Assembly (NCBI GenBank): GCA_030141605.1
Contig: JAQGDQ010000582.1
Coordinates: 1 to 64,000 of the forward strand
DNA length: 64,000 bases
DNA from: Tubiluchus corallicola
Taxonomy: Eukaryota > Animalia > Priapulida
Direction: 5' to 3'
Positions within the stretch are counted from its first letter, which is position 1, and each line of letters opens with the position of its first letter. Made by a program: the position numbers and the translations under genes. This document shows, in pieces, positions 50,991 to 62,834 of this stretch. The notes under the pieces were generated by a model. The model was given only the letters and a program-made list of their open reading frames with translations, was not told the DNA's origin and ran no database searches.

Positions 50991-51242
50991 AGGGTTAAAT
51001 AACCGACAGGTCACTTCCATGATCTACAAACCAACCAGTTACTGGACTGACTGATTTAATGACTAAATACAAAGTTTTGTTCCCACATCCTTCCTTTTTC
51101 GAGTATGTTAGTTTATGTAATGTATTGAGCAGAAAATGGACTGGACACAGAAAATAAAGGGCTTTTCCTCAAACAGGAGCAAGAGCTTTTTCATACTTAG
51201 TGTTAATGTGTGTTGTTAAGTGTTGATTGCTTTTACTTTCAG

Positions 51243-54200
51243 CAGATATACAACCATTAAAAGAGCCAAGATTGACTCATTTGAGGACCATCAGATCAAG
51301 TCCACGCATAAACTATTCAATAGATGCTTCTTCAAAAGAGATTCTAGATCAGAATCGGAATGGTGTCATAAGTAAAACTGGAAGCAATTACATTGGTAAT
51401 ACATGTTGTCATCAATGTTGTTTTGCAAATTATGATGATAGAATCATATCAAGATTTTAAAACTGATCTTTAAGTTTTTCTACCATTTGAATTAATGTAC
51501 TTGTGTTTCTGTTCATTTACAGTTTGTTTGTCTTTCCATCCATTCATTAAATCACTCGTGCTTTCAATTATATGTGACTGTATTCTTTCATTGATTAATT
51601 TATTCATTCATTCACTTTATTTGTGTATGCACACAATCATTCACTACTCATCCTTTCCCATCCTCCCACTTACTCACCCACCCTCTGGTTTATTTGAGTG
51701 CATGTACACGTACCGTCTATCCATTTTTCAATGTATTCATTTAGTAATTTACCTATGTATTCAGCCATTCATTCATTTGGTCGTTTTGTTATTCATTCAC
51801 TCATTTATTCTTTCAGTCAATCAATCACTCTTTATAAGTTATGCATTCATTCAACCACTCATTTAGTCTAATCAAACACGGGTAGAATAAACATGTTGAT
51901 ATGGCTATGTTTATCAATGAACTACACAATGTTTTGATTTTCAAAATTTAAAATAAGTTGAGTCACCTCTGTTTTGACACTTTTGTAGGTATACCTTATG
52001 ATTCCAAACAAACTGGATCTTTGAATATTCCTGCCAGTTACAAACGTCTGGAAGAACTTCTTTCAACAACCAGAGTAAACTTTTGGGACCAAGATTCTGT
52101 GAGCTGGGAGATTGGAAACAAATGGAAAACATTATCTGTGCTTCCAAACTGGTATCTTGCAAATGGTTCAAACTTAACCACTTTGCAGTTGAGAACTAGA
52201 CGTTGGTTCAGAAATTCTCCCAGTGAATTCTACACATTGTCACAAGCTTGCCAGAGAAATTCTGTTGAGTCTTGTAGGAGAAATTCTTCAGAAACACAAA
52301 AGTGTCCAAAGTCATTGAGATTAATTACAGGTGATGCTAATAATGTTGATCGTTCTGCTCGAGAGGACAAGCCTTCTGACAAGCCTGTTTCACAGGGTAA
52401 GCCTAATCCAATAATTGTGCTCCAAGAACCAAATACACATGTTAATCTTCCGCTACTAAGTGATAGTTTCAAAAGTGCCAGTGAAACTCACCTAGATACA
52501 GACATGGATCCTATTTTTGCTGTCTTGCAAAATACAAGGCATAAAGTCAAGCGTTCTGACAGCCGATCATATGCCAGGTCTTTGAGAAAGACTGGAAGAC
52601 TGAATCAGGGAATTCTTTCTATTAAAGCAGAAGTTCACGGCCAGAAGGGTAAGTCCTTTCAAGCTGCTGACGAATGCAATGTCATAGAAAGTTCAAAACA
52701 TAAAACTGTATTTCACACATATGCCAGTGGAATGTTTAAGCATTTGCAACCTAATGGTATTGCAAACAGCAGAAGTCAGACTGATCAGTCTAGTCAAACT
52801 AACAATAGATGTAATAATAATGTTGATGAAAGATATAGTGCATATAAACCATATCCTCAACAAGAAAGTAAATATGGCGACAGTAGTAACAATAAGCTGC
52901 TGGCAAAGGTGATCCAGTCAAACTCAACGAATAACAAAAAGGAAGAATTGAAGTTACCCTGTTATTTAGAGCCAAGTCCAAATGAAAAGGAACGACGGGC
53001 TAGTGGTTCCTCTCAAATTAGCGGTGATTCCGGTATATCAAATGGTGATGACAACAACATGACTAGCAGAGTTGCTAGAGTTACAGAAAAACTAAAAGCA
53101 AAAGAAAGTACCAGACAGGATTCATCCTCTCACCCCAACACATCTGTTTGTCGGAACAGCTGCGCCAAACAATCTTATTACGAAACCATATATCCTGAGA
53201 AAACATATCTTTTAAAAGAATTTGACTCTGCCAAAGACAAAAGAATTTCACAGACAGATCAAGCTATTGAGAACAGTTCGTATGTTACCAGTGAAAACTT
53301 AAAAGAGGCAGAAAGGCAAAAAAAGTGTAACTGCTGTGGACACAGTGTGGGAGAGCAGAGAACCCTAAGTCGGGAAAGTTCTTGTTCAAGTATAGGTGCT
53401 TTACTCAACTTTAGCTGTGATTCTGAACAATTTCACGTAAATTTGGGTTCAAAGGAAGAGTTTCAATCAGCCAGAAAATGTTTTGATCATGTTCCAAAAT
53501 GCTGTCATGACAATGGAGAGAAGGTGCAAGAGATGGATGCAAAATCACTGGAAGCAGACAGTACAGTTCTAAACAATGGGCAATGTGATATACTAAGATT
53601 TAATAAATTATCATTAAATACAGATGATGTTAATGAAATGCCTTCCAAAGAAGAAAAAGCTGTGCTTAAAAGTCCAAAAATAGAAAGTGATGACACACAC
53701 CCAGATCGTCCGAAAGGATGGTATGGAGTTGAAGCCACTACACCAACTACTACACCACTGCCAAATCATCGAATATCAGTGTATGAAAATGAAGCCATAA
53801 GAAAAGAAATAGAGGCCCGCAAAGTTATTGAATCTGAATCAAGTAGCTCTAATGAAGGAAATGGCAATACGTCACCTGATTACTCGAGGAAAGATGTCGT
53901 TGCAAAGCAAAGCAAACACGAAGCTGAGGTGTCAGTGAAACAGTTTGCACTTGGAGGGATCGGAAAAGTTAATACACTAGTAAAGCAGCAAAGAGAGATG
54001 ATCACTGATGAGTTGAAGTTCAAACTAATGCAAAGACAGTCCTCACAAACCAATGATGCTGCTACTAGTAAACAAGTTGACATCTCCAGAGAGAACATTC
54101 CTGATCACAAACCTTATACAACAAAGGCAGAGCAGCGCTCATTCAATGTTGATTATGAAACTGAATCTGACAGACTAGAAGAAGCAGAACAGGATGACAC

Positions 54201-57200
54201 TGAGGTTATACCAACAACAGTTATAGAAGAATTGTTTGACATTGAGGATAATCCTCGTGATTTTATCAATGTAAGTATCTTCCTTTTCAAATATTATGTT
54301 ATAAGACTACTATTTCTCAACATTTAATAAATATCCTGTCTGTTCAGAGAATAAGCAAATTCAGTGTACTTACAGATGATATTTGACATGTTGACAAAGT
54401 GAATCTTATTTATATTTTTTAGGAACCACTGGATGGTGAAAAGACAATTGCGGATGATGGTCATGTGGTTGATACATTATCAGCGAGTTCTGAGAACACA
54501 CCATTCTGTGCGCCTCCTCCGGTGCCGCCGCCACCACCACCACCAAGCCCTCCTCTGTCACGACCACCAAGTGGAACTTCCATCAGCATAAAGTCAGTGT
54601 CACCCTCCTCAACTGTGCGTTCTGATAAATGGTATCAGCTACCAGAACATACGAAAAAAGCTGCTCCATTCGTGACAACAGAAGCAATTAAAAGCGTGAC
54701 CTTGAGAAAGGCCACCTTGAAAAATAATGGTGAGTTCAAAATTATTTTTTTAAATTTTAATGTGGACAAATTAAGAGAGAAATGTGGAAAAATTAACTTT
54801 AATGTATTGCGTTCAACATGACTGCAGTGATTATTAGGTCTTTTTTTACTTGTGTGAAATGCGACCTTATATGTTCTTATTGTTTATGCGGTTGTTAAGC
54901 TTTCTGGAACAATAATTATTTGAACCATAATGATAAATCTTCACTGTTTTTTTCTATAATGTATGACTTGGGTTAGGCTATTCATTTATTGAGAGACTTG
55001 TAATCTTCGATCATGGCAGTCAAGTGCATGATTTCTGTGTGAGAAAAAATTGCCGAAATACCTCAATTAAAACAGGGATAATATCAAAATTGCAGATCAT
55101 TAAGGTCAAAATAGGTAAAAAGGGTCACAATTTAAAGTGTGCAGCAAAATGTAGCAATGAGGTGATAGGCTTTTATTAATGAAGTCCTTGGAAAGAAAAC
55201 ACACACTGACACAACAAGTTCAAGGTCAACTACTTGAAAATGTAATATTCTTTCTCCTGTGTGGTACACATCATTATTATGTTAAGTCAAAAGAATGCGA
55301 AAAAAATGTGGCTGACTCGGGCTGCAATGGAGATTACTGAAGGTCTCTTTGCCCATGATACATACAGAGCTGGATTACCCTGTAGGCTAACATGGGCTGC
55401 AGCCTAGGGCTTCTCAAGCTTGTGTGCCCATACTTTGCGTTACTAACTTTAAAAAAGGAGGCCAAGAAGTCTGAAAATTCAATTTTTGTGGCTCCTCGAT
55501 TGAGATAAAGGATTCCTGTTTTATCAGAAGCCTTTTATTTGAGACAAAGGGCCCCTTTTTGTTGAAGCCCACAGTTATGCATTTGTTGCAAAAATATATC
55601 ACAAGTAAAAAATATTCGAAACAAGTGCGAGCAAATTAGAGGGTGGCTCCGTGTAAGGGGGCCCAAAATTTCATTAGACTAGGGACTCAACGGGTCATAA
55701 TCTGGCTCTGGATACATACAAGAGTAAAGTCTTAAGTCAGTGGCATCAAATGGCAGTAAAAAGTTAACTTACTTAGTCACTAACAGATATAGGCAGTATA
55801 GAGAAATTTGATATATTCATTAAGATTAGCCGTGACTCCAGGAAAAAGACGTGCATATAAGGAGGGCTGGTTCTATGTAGTTGGATGCTCTAGGCAAAAG
55901 TGTTTTTAGTGCTCACTCCTCAATGGTCAACCCCTTCCCCCACAGTCCCCACCAAGCTCCCAATGTTAATTTTTTCTTGTATAATATTATAATATAGTGT
56001 AATGGTATCTGTATGTTAGGCTTAAAAAAGTATTATAGTGTTTTAATTAAGTGTTGTTAATTATCTATCTACAACATGTGCTGGTTCAATTTGAAATTGA
56101 ATTTATGACTGCGGACTGGAATTTTAAATTTGTTTTATGACCCTAGTGTACTCTATTTGCCTCGTCATCCTTTTTATCTTTCGTTTCCTGTATTCCGCCC
56201 TGAACGTTTCATCGATTCTTATAGGTGTATCTGCCATAGTGTAAAAATTGTAAGATGTTTTTATTAAACCTTCTAATAGAAATTGTGGGCAAAAGCAGGG
56301 CAAAGCGTCTTTAAAATCTTTGCGTCATGTCTGCGCGAAATGACGTAATCTTAGGAAGCCAGACAAAGGAAAAGTATAATGTGTTTTGCTATGGTAAGAC
56401 ACTTGCTGGCATCAATGAAATACTTTTGACAAGAAAACAACGCAACTTGTTCTTTTTATTTAATTAGTGTTGTGCACTTAAGGAATGACACATGCATTAT
56501 ACTTTTACTTAAACTACACACAAAATTTGGCGCTCTAGGCAACTGTTTTAACTTCGTTTTTATTTAAAGCGTAAAATACAAATACAAATATGATAAAGCA
56601 ATGGATTTTGTAAATACAGTAGTCATTACTTGTATTTTAAAAAAAATTTCACATATATATTCGACTATCTGTTGAAATCCACTAAAAATACAAACTCATA
56701 CACGTCCCCCCGTTATTAACAATTAGCAAAGATAATTAGAAATTACTTAATTCAAGACACATAACCTATGTGTGATTATACAGCCACGTTCAACTAACTC
56801 AGTGGTTATTACTGTCATTCAACAAGTCTGACACATTGGTATCAATTACAGGCCTAACTACCATCTATGGCACATTGTATGCCAGTGACCCTTTGCACCA
56901 CATAGAGTGCACGTGCTGTGAAATGCAGGGCACTGTTTGACTGGGTGACTCTTGCCACACCGAACACAATCTTGAGTCATTTTTTGGCAGCCCTTTTCTC
57001 CGGGATTAACCATGGGTTTATTTTTACCACGTGCACTAGATGGTTTTGCATTGGCAAATTTATCTTTTGCACCGCTGGCTGCGTTGCCTTCTTGTATGGA
57101 GTCTTGATTTCGTTTGGCAGATTCCAGACTCTGACACAATGTGACTGCATCATCAAGAGTTATGTTGGGCGTCGCCAAAAGTTTCTGGACAGTTTCCTTA

Positions 57201-58955
57201 TCTCGAAGACCTGTGACAATTCTATCTCGAATCAACGAGTCATGTAGATCTCCAAACGCGCATGACTTAGCCAACTGTCTCAATTCACATAAATATTCGC
57301 TGAAAGACTCGCCTTTCTGCTGTGATCGTAAGAAAAATGTGCGCCGCTCGATTACCAGATTGACAAGACCACAGACATGTTCCTCTAGCTTACGCAAAAT
57401 TCCAGCAACATTATGTTTTTGATCTGCTGCTAGCCCAAGATTCTCAATGGTTCTGAGTGTATCATCACTCACATTGACAATTAGTGCATCGTATTGAGTT
57501 TGCTCAGTGTGATCTGCAAGACCAGATAGCCTAAAATATGCGTCCCACTTTACTTTCCACGTACGAAATGCTTCTGCTCTATGTACGGATAAGTCTAACA
57601 ATGTCGGCCGTGCTATAGCAGCTGAACGTAAGTCAAATCTCGGCTCTGCATTATCAACATTACCAACATCACCTTTATTAATATTAGCGCCCGCCATTCC
57701 AGCTATTCTAAATTAATTGTGAACTTATCTCACTGGTAGATTCAGGAAGCTTTAGTCCTGTTATGACGAACAACACACAAATGGTATTGTGTATACTTTG
57801 CAAATGGTATGATCAAATTTTTCACCGATCAAAGTTTAGCACAACTCGTTCAATACTGATTTGCACGTGCTACAAAAGACCAAAGTCCCTTTGAATCTTA
57901 CATCCTGTCGACTGCGCCATCTTTTAACTTCGTTTTTATTTAAAACGTAAAATGCAAATATAATAAAGCAAAGGATTTTGTAAATATAGTAGTCATTACT
58001 TGTATTTTAAAAAAAATTGTTCACGTATGTATTCGACCATTTTTTGATATATATCCACTGAAAATACAAACTAACACAGCAACTGCCTAGTTTGTAGTGT
58101 TACAGCCAACCCTGCAAATAATGTGGCACCATGTCACAAGAGAACGTAGAAGGTCATGATGCAGTTGACACGGGTCACGTACCAATAAGTAATCACCCAG
58201 AATTATGAAGTTCGGTTAAAATTATATAATTGTTACTCAATCCTGTTTCATTAATTAGGCGCGACAATAAAAATAGCTACAAATTGTCACAGTTCAGTGC
58301 ACAAAACCTTGAATATTTCAAATTTACCTGCAGCAGATTCACTGCACGATAAAAGATATTGGAAGTCCTAAAAACTGGATACATCGACTATAGGTTATTG
58401 CGGACAAATAATTAATAATATTGTTGGTCTGTTTATGCAGACATATATTTAATAATCTATATTTATTCTCGTGTATTGACTGTTCAAACAGACAATTTAG
58501 CGCGCCTAGATTCAGGCACGTCAACAGGGGTGGGGTGAGGGAGCGGAGGGGGCTAGGGGGCTTGATTCCATGCCCTTTTTGTTCTTCATGTCGAAAGTTC
58601 ACTTTAGAAAGAATAAAAAAATTTTGACAGAAGAAAATTATCACTTGGTTTAGACTATTTTTTCTAATAAAACTGAAGTACTATTCAAAAAGTGTGAATG
58701 GTAGTAGGAACCCACCGCCTTCTTTTTGCAGGGGGCCCACAAATTATGAATGTAGGTAGAAATAGTACAGATAAATATATCGCAATAAAAAGGACAGCCG
58801 TGACATTTTTCAATTTTTCCATTATTTGCCATTTTTCATATGCTTTTTTCTTTTTTTGTTTAAATATTATTATTAACTGTAATATTTTCATCTTGCCTTT
58901 TAACGTGTCCGTAACCCTATGTATATTAGTTGCGCCGACTAAAATATGCAGCCAC

Positions 58956-59023
<68 letters not shown>

Positions 59024-61620
59024 CATCATTCTTGAAACAAATTAAAGGAAAACTCAACACAAAAAGAAAACTACTATTATATAAAACCATGGTCTTGCCC
59101 CACTTAACCTATGGCTGCCACCTACTTTCAAATATCTCTAAAACTTCTCGAAACAGGTTAGAAGTGGCCCAAAATTACGCTTGAAACGCCTCATTCACAA
59201 CAAGAGCAAAGTACTCAGACACAGCAAACAGAGGAAGAACTAAAAACACACACTGTAGAATCGAGTTTCCAATATCATTAACCAGTTTCCTTTATAAATG
59301 ATTAAATGATTTAATGCCAGCTTTCAGTGCCAATCAGATTCCATTTACAGTCGAAAAAACGTAAACCAAGGAACACACAGCACTAAACAAATAAACACAA
59401 ATAATATATATGGACACAATTCTGTCTGCATAGCGGCAATAAATACATGGAATGTAATTGTAAAATATAATTGTAAAATCTGCAGTGAGTCTACAAATAA
59501 TTAAAAAATGAACTGAAAAATACTGTACTAGCCTTCAAAAAAACTAATATGAAAAGATCAAATCGTAACTTATTGTTATCATCAACGTTTACCCAGTAGT
59601 GTGTAGTCAGTGGCAGATCAAAAACCTCTCATACATTTACATCACATCAACAAACTAAAACCCACTACACACAAAAAATTCAAGTCACCAACACAACACA
59701 CCAATCAAGCACCCAATTTCAATTTCATACGTTTAATATTTTACAAAAAACTGTTTTGCTAATTTTGTAGATATGTCTTATGTAGATATGTAATTAATTA
59801 CAACCTCACTTGTGCTTTCAATTGTATATACAGTAAAGACAGGGCACGGGAGTTTTATGGGAGTCCTAATTCTTTCTTGTTGAGCCTTACGCTTTCTAAA
59901 GTCTGTGCACGTCTCTGCCTAGATTTGTACTTAGTCAGCTGATTTACTGTTTAGTAACTGGCCTTTGTACCTTCAAAAAGTACGCTGATAGCCTCGATGA
60001 TAATAAACTCATCAATGAGGAAGTTTAAGTAGCTTAAGTACAAAGTGTGCGCCACGTTTAGACAGACTGAAGGCACATTAAAGACTGCCATTCGTTCATA
60101 AACTTTTGGGACGTTTCCAGTACATCGTTCTCAAGGAATCCGCGTGCCCAGTGACTTCAAAATTACTTCTAATGAACTAAATTAGTGAGCGCAAAACAAA
60201 TGTTTGCCGGAACCTAAATTACTCACACGGAGAGCAAAGGTTGTTTACGGGCTCTGCAGTTGTGTTCGAGTTCAATTTTTTCGGGTCTTGATTGTAGAAC
60301 AATTTACTTTTAACGTGAAGCAATTACTCGTGTTGGAAAATTACCGAATGATAACAGGTGGAAAATTGTTGTTTCAGAAAACAGAAGCTAAATTTTCGAG
60401 TTATTGTGTTGTGTTATTGTTGTTATTATTATTGTTTGCGCTACATTCATTGTCTACATCAGTTCTGTAAAAGTGTGCAATTAATCAGTTCCAGTAGCAC
60501 AGTTCTTTCCTCACTCTTGCACATCAGTAGCTTCGAGTGTTTTAACTCTAGTGTTTAAATAATCATTAAATTCAACTAGAAAGCCAATATGGCTGGTGCA
60601 AATGAAACTTCTCGGGAAAACTTGGGTAAGAAATGTTATAATGAATTGGTGATGATCGTGATGCTGGTGATGACAAAAATGATGACGATGAGAATGGTGG
60701 TGATGATGATGATGATGAAAATGATGAGGAACATGATAATTGTGATGATGACAAAGAATATGACTATATATGATGATGATGATGATGGTAATGACAACTC
60801 TTATGATGATCACTATTTTGACAACAACGATTGCATCTGTGATGGCAGCGATGACGATTGTGATAATGGTGATGATGATGATGATGATGATGATACTTTT
60901 AAAACCGATGGTGAAGATGAACATCATAATGATAATGATGTCGGCGGTAGCGACAGCGATAATGACATTAGTTACCGTGGATTTCGCATTTTGTCTATTT
61001 TCTGTTTCACTGTATTTCTGTTGTAGCTGAGTGAACCAAAAGTGAAAATTGAACGTTAGCATGAGTACTTTACCCAGCAAAGATGATTGATCACATTTGT
61101 TTGTTTTATTTAGATAATGGCATGAACCAAGTCCCTAATCTTGATCTAATAAACGAACTCAAGCTCAAGTCTGGAGTACCGATCAGTCAATTAAAAGAGG
61201 ATCAGATTAAACGGAACAAAGCAATGGTGGGTTTGAGACTCAGAGATCCTGCTAGTGCGCTTATCATTTCTCACCCGTGTTCACCTTAGCTTATTAAAAT
61301 TAATAAAGTTGAAGCGATCGTTTAAACTGTAATGCACTTGAAACCAAGAGATTCGTTATTAGGGCCTTTCAATGTTTCATCTCTTCAAGTGATGCAAACT
61401 TTTCATTACAATTTTTAAACGACAGTATAGCTCTTGACCTTTACTGAGAACTTGCTGGTTAAATCATGTACAATGTTTTGTACTGGATAAAACAAAATTA
61501 GTCCTTTAACTGAAAACTAGGATGACAAAAAGAAGAGATGACTTTTAGCATCTTCAGCTTAAAACCTCTTTCTGGTTAATGCATCTTTTAAGGACAGCCT
61601 CACTCCTATCTGCTTCCCTC

Positions 61621-61656
<36 letters not shown>

Positions 61657-62046
61657 CCCACCGTATCTCCTCCCCTCTCTCTCTCTTTCGCTTTTCTCTT
61701 TCTTTCTCTCTCTTTCTACTTCTGCATTTTTATTCACTGTTTTTCTTTCACTCTCTCTGTTTCTTTCTCTTTCTTTTCTTTTGCTTTCTCTCTTTCAAAG
61801 TAAAAAATCCTTCTCTCTTCCTGCCTGCCATGCCTCAATTCTATCTCTCTCATAATGTCTTGTATTTTTCAGCATTCTACAGAGAACATTGATCCAATTG
61901 ATCTGAGTGATTTTACGATGGAGAAGTTTCTGGACAAAGTACCTGAAGTGACAAAAGACGGGCACTCAATTCCTCCCTGGAAGCGACAAATGATGGCGAG
62001 AAAAGAAGCAGAACGAGCAAAGAATGCTGAAGAAGAACGACGCAAG
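51243..62046 (+). CDS. ESPN: Espin/forked-like actin-bundling protein (partial; 3' end beyond the window)
   Basis: Phase-consistent GT-AG exons 51243-51395, 51989-54270 (2282 nt), 54423-54729, optional 60584-60625, 61114-61226, 61873-62046. Polyproline tract and WH2-like EAIKSVTLRKA, then VPEVTKDGHSIPPWKRQMMARKEAERAK..EEERRK, the signature of the espin/forked actin-bundling module. Confidence 0.8.
55365..55710. mobile_element. hAT-type MITE with 8-bp TSD
   Basis: GATACATA at 55357-55364 and 55711-55718; TIRs CAGAGCTGGATTA / TAATCTGGCTCTG. Confidence 0.85.
56544..58078 (-). mobile_element. Gag-only non-autonomous Ty3/Gypsy-type LTR retroelement (1535 bp)
   Basis: 159-bp LTRs at 57920-58078 (5') and 56544-56702 (3'), outer TG...CA ends, 5-bp TSD GCAAC (56539-56543, 58079-58083), PBS TGGCGCAGTCGACAGGAT (57919-57902; tRNA-Ser-like), G-rich PPT next to the 3' LTR; no pol. 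Confidence 0.92.
56858..57697 (-). CDS. gag: Retrotransposon Gag (capsid + two zinc knuckles), 279 aa, intact
   Basis: ATG-to-stop ORF; FFLRSQQKGESFSEYLCELRQLAKSCAFG..LIRDRIVTGL; CVRCGKSHPVKQC and CTLCGAKGHWHTMC. Confidence 0.9.
   Translation of the reverse strand: MAGANINKGDVGNVDNAEPRFDLRSAAIARPTLLDLSVHRAEAFRTWKVKWDAYFRLSGLADHTEQTQYDALIVNVSDDTLRTIENLGLAADQKHNVAGILRKLEEHVCGLVNLVIERRTFFLRSQQKGESFSEYLCELRQLAKSCAFGDLHDSLIRDRIVTGLRDKETVQKLLATPNITLDDAVTLCQSLESAKRNQDSIQEGNAASGAKDKFANAKPSSARGKNKPMVNPGEKGCQKMTQDCVRCGKSHPVKQCPAFHSTCTLCGAKGHWHTMCHRW
58957..59022. repeat. (TA)n microsatellite
   Basis: Directly visible. Confidence 0.97.
59025..60010 (+). mobile_element. CR1/L2-group LINE 3' fragment with probable 3' UTR
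   Basis: LKQIKGKLNTKRKLLLYKTMVLPHLTYGC..RLEVAQN, later AAINTWN; AATAAA at ~60002. The 3' boundary is uncertain. Confidence 0.65.
60648..60968. repeat. Degenerate (GAT)n microsatellite (intronic)
   Basis: Directly visible. Confidence 0.9.
61612..61795. repeat. C/(CT)n polypyrimidine tract
   Basis: Directly visible. Confidence 0.9.
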
Positions 62047-62250
62047 GTGCACACTAATTATTACACTTATCTCAACAGTTTATTTTTGAAATATATTTGT
62101 ACAGTATTAGAATAAGGAGTTTAGGTACGTGATAGGTAAAGCAAAAGGAATGTAATTATTAGCAGTATGACATTATGACTCTTATGCATTGCTCTCCAAT
62201 CTTCCACATTTGCTTACAGAGCCTGTCAGTAATAGTATTTTGACACAATA

Positions 62251-62623
62251 AGCCTTTTCACAGTTCCAGCGGTTGATGATATCGTGAAAAGGTCAAAGGT
62301 TAAGTGTACCAGACAATGCATTTGTGTATACTTGGCAATGCCCCGCAGTCCATGCTATTGAAATAGTAAGAGTTTTAACAGCTAGCCAGATTGTTGTTCT
62401 TGTTCCCAAGCAAGATCCTGCTAGTAAATCACTGTATGCACAGACTAATGCATAGTTAAGTAACATCCATATAAAACAACTGAAGTTACTGAACAAACGT
62501 GGCAGACGGCTTTGCTTTACCAACAGTTCACATGATGGTAGTGGTTACGATGCATTGCTGTGGTACACTTAATCTTTCACCTGCAACAACTGCACGTGTG
62601 CACAACGAAACTGTGAAAAGGCT
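62251..62623. mobile_element. MITE family A, full copy
   Basis: Perfect TIRs AGCCTTTTCACAGTT / AACTGTGAAAAGGCT flanked by TA. Confidence 0.85.
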
Positions 62624-62834
62624 TAGTCTTTAGTGTTAGTTAGCAGTTAGCAATTCAAGTGATGAGGCCATTGATGCACAGTGCATGTCTGTAGTTGGTT
62701 CAGGAATTCGTGGAAGGACTTGGAAAAGGTGTCTAGGTTTTGCTGATGATCGATTAGGAATAATGAAAAAATTTCGTTCTACTTTTCTCTTTCTCTCTCC
62801 CTCGCCTCTCTATTTATGTCTATTCTCTGGTCCT

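Noticed and set aside
60511-61080. Asp-rich, Met-rich or His-rich ORFs (biomineralisation-like)
   Set aside because: All frames are open only because of a (GAT)n tract just downstream of a strong splice donor.
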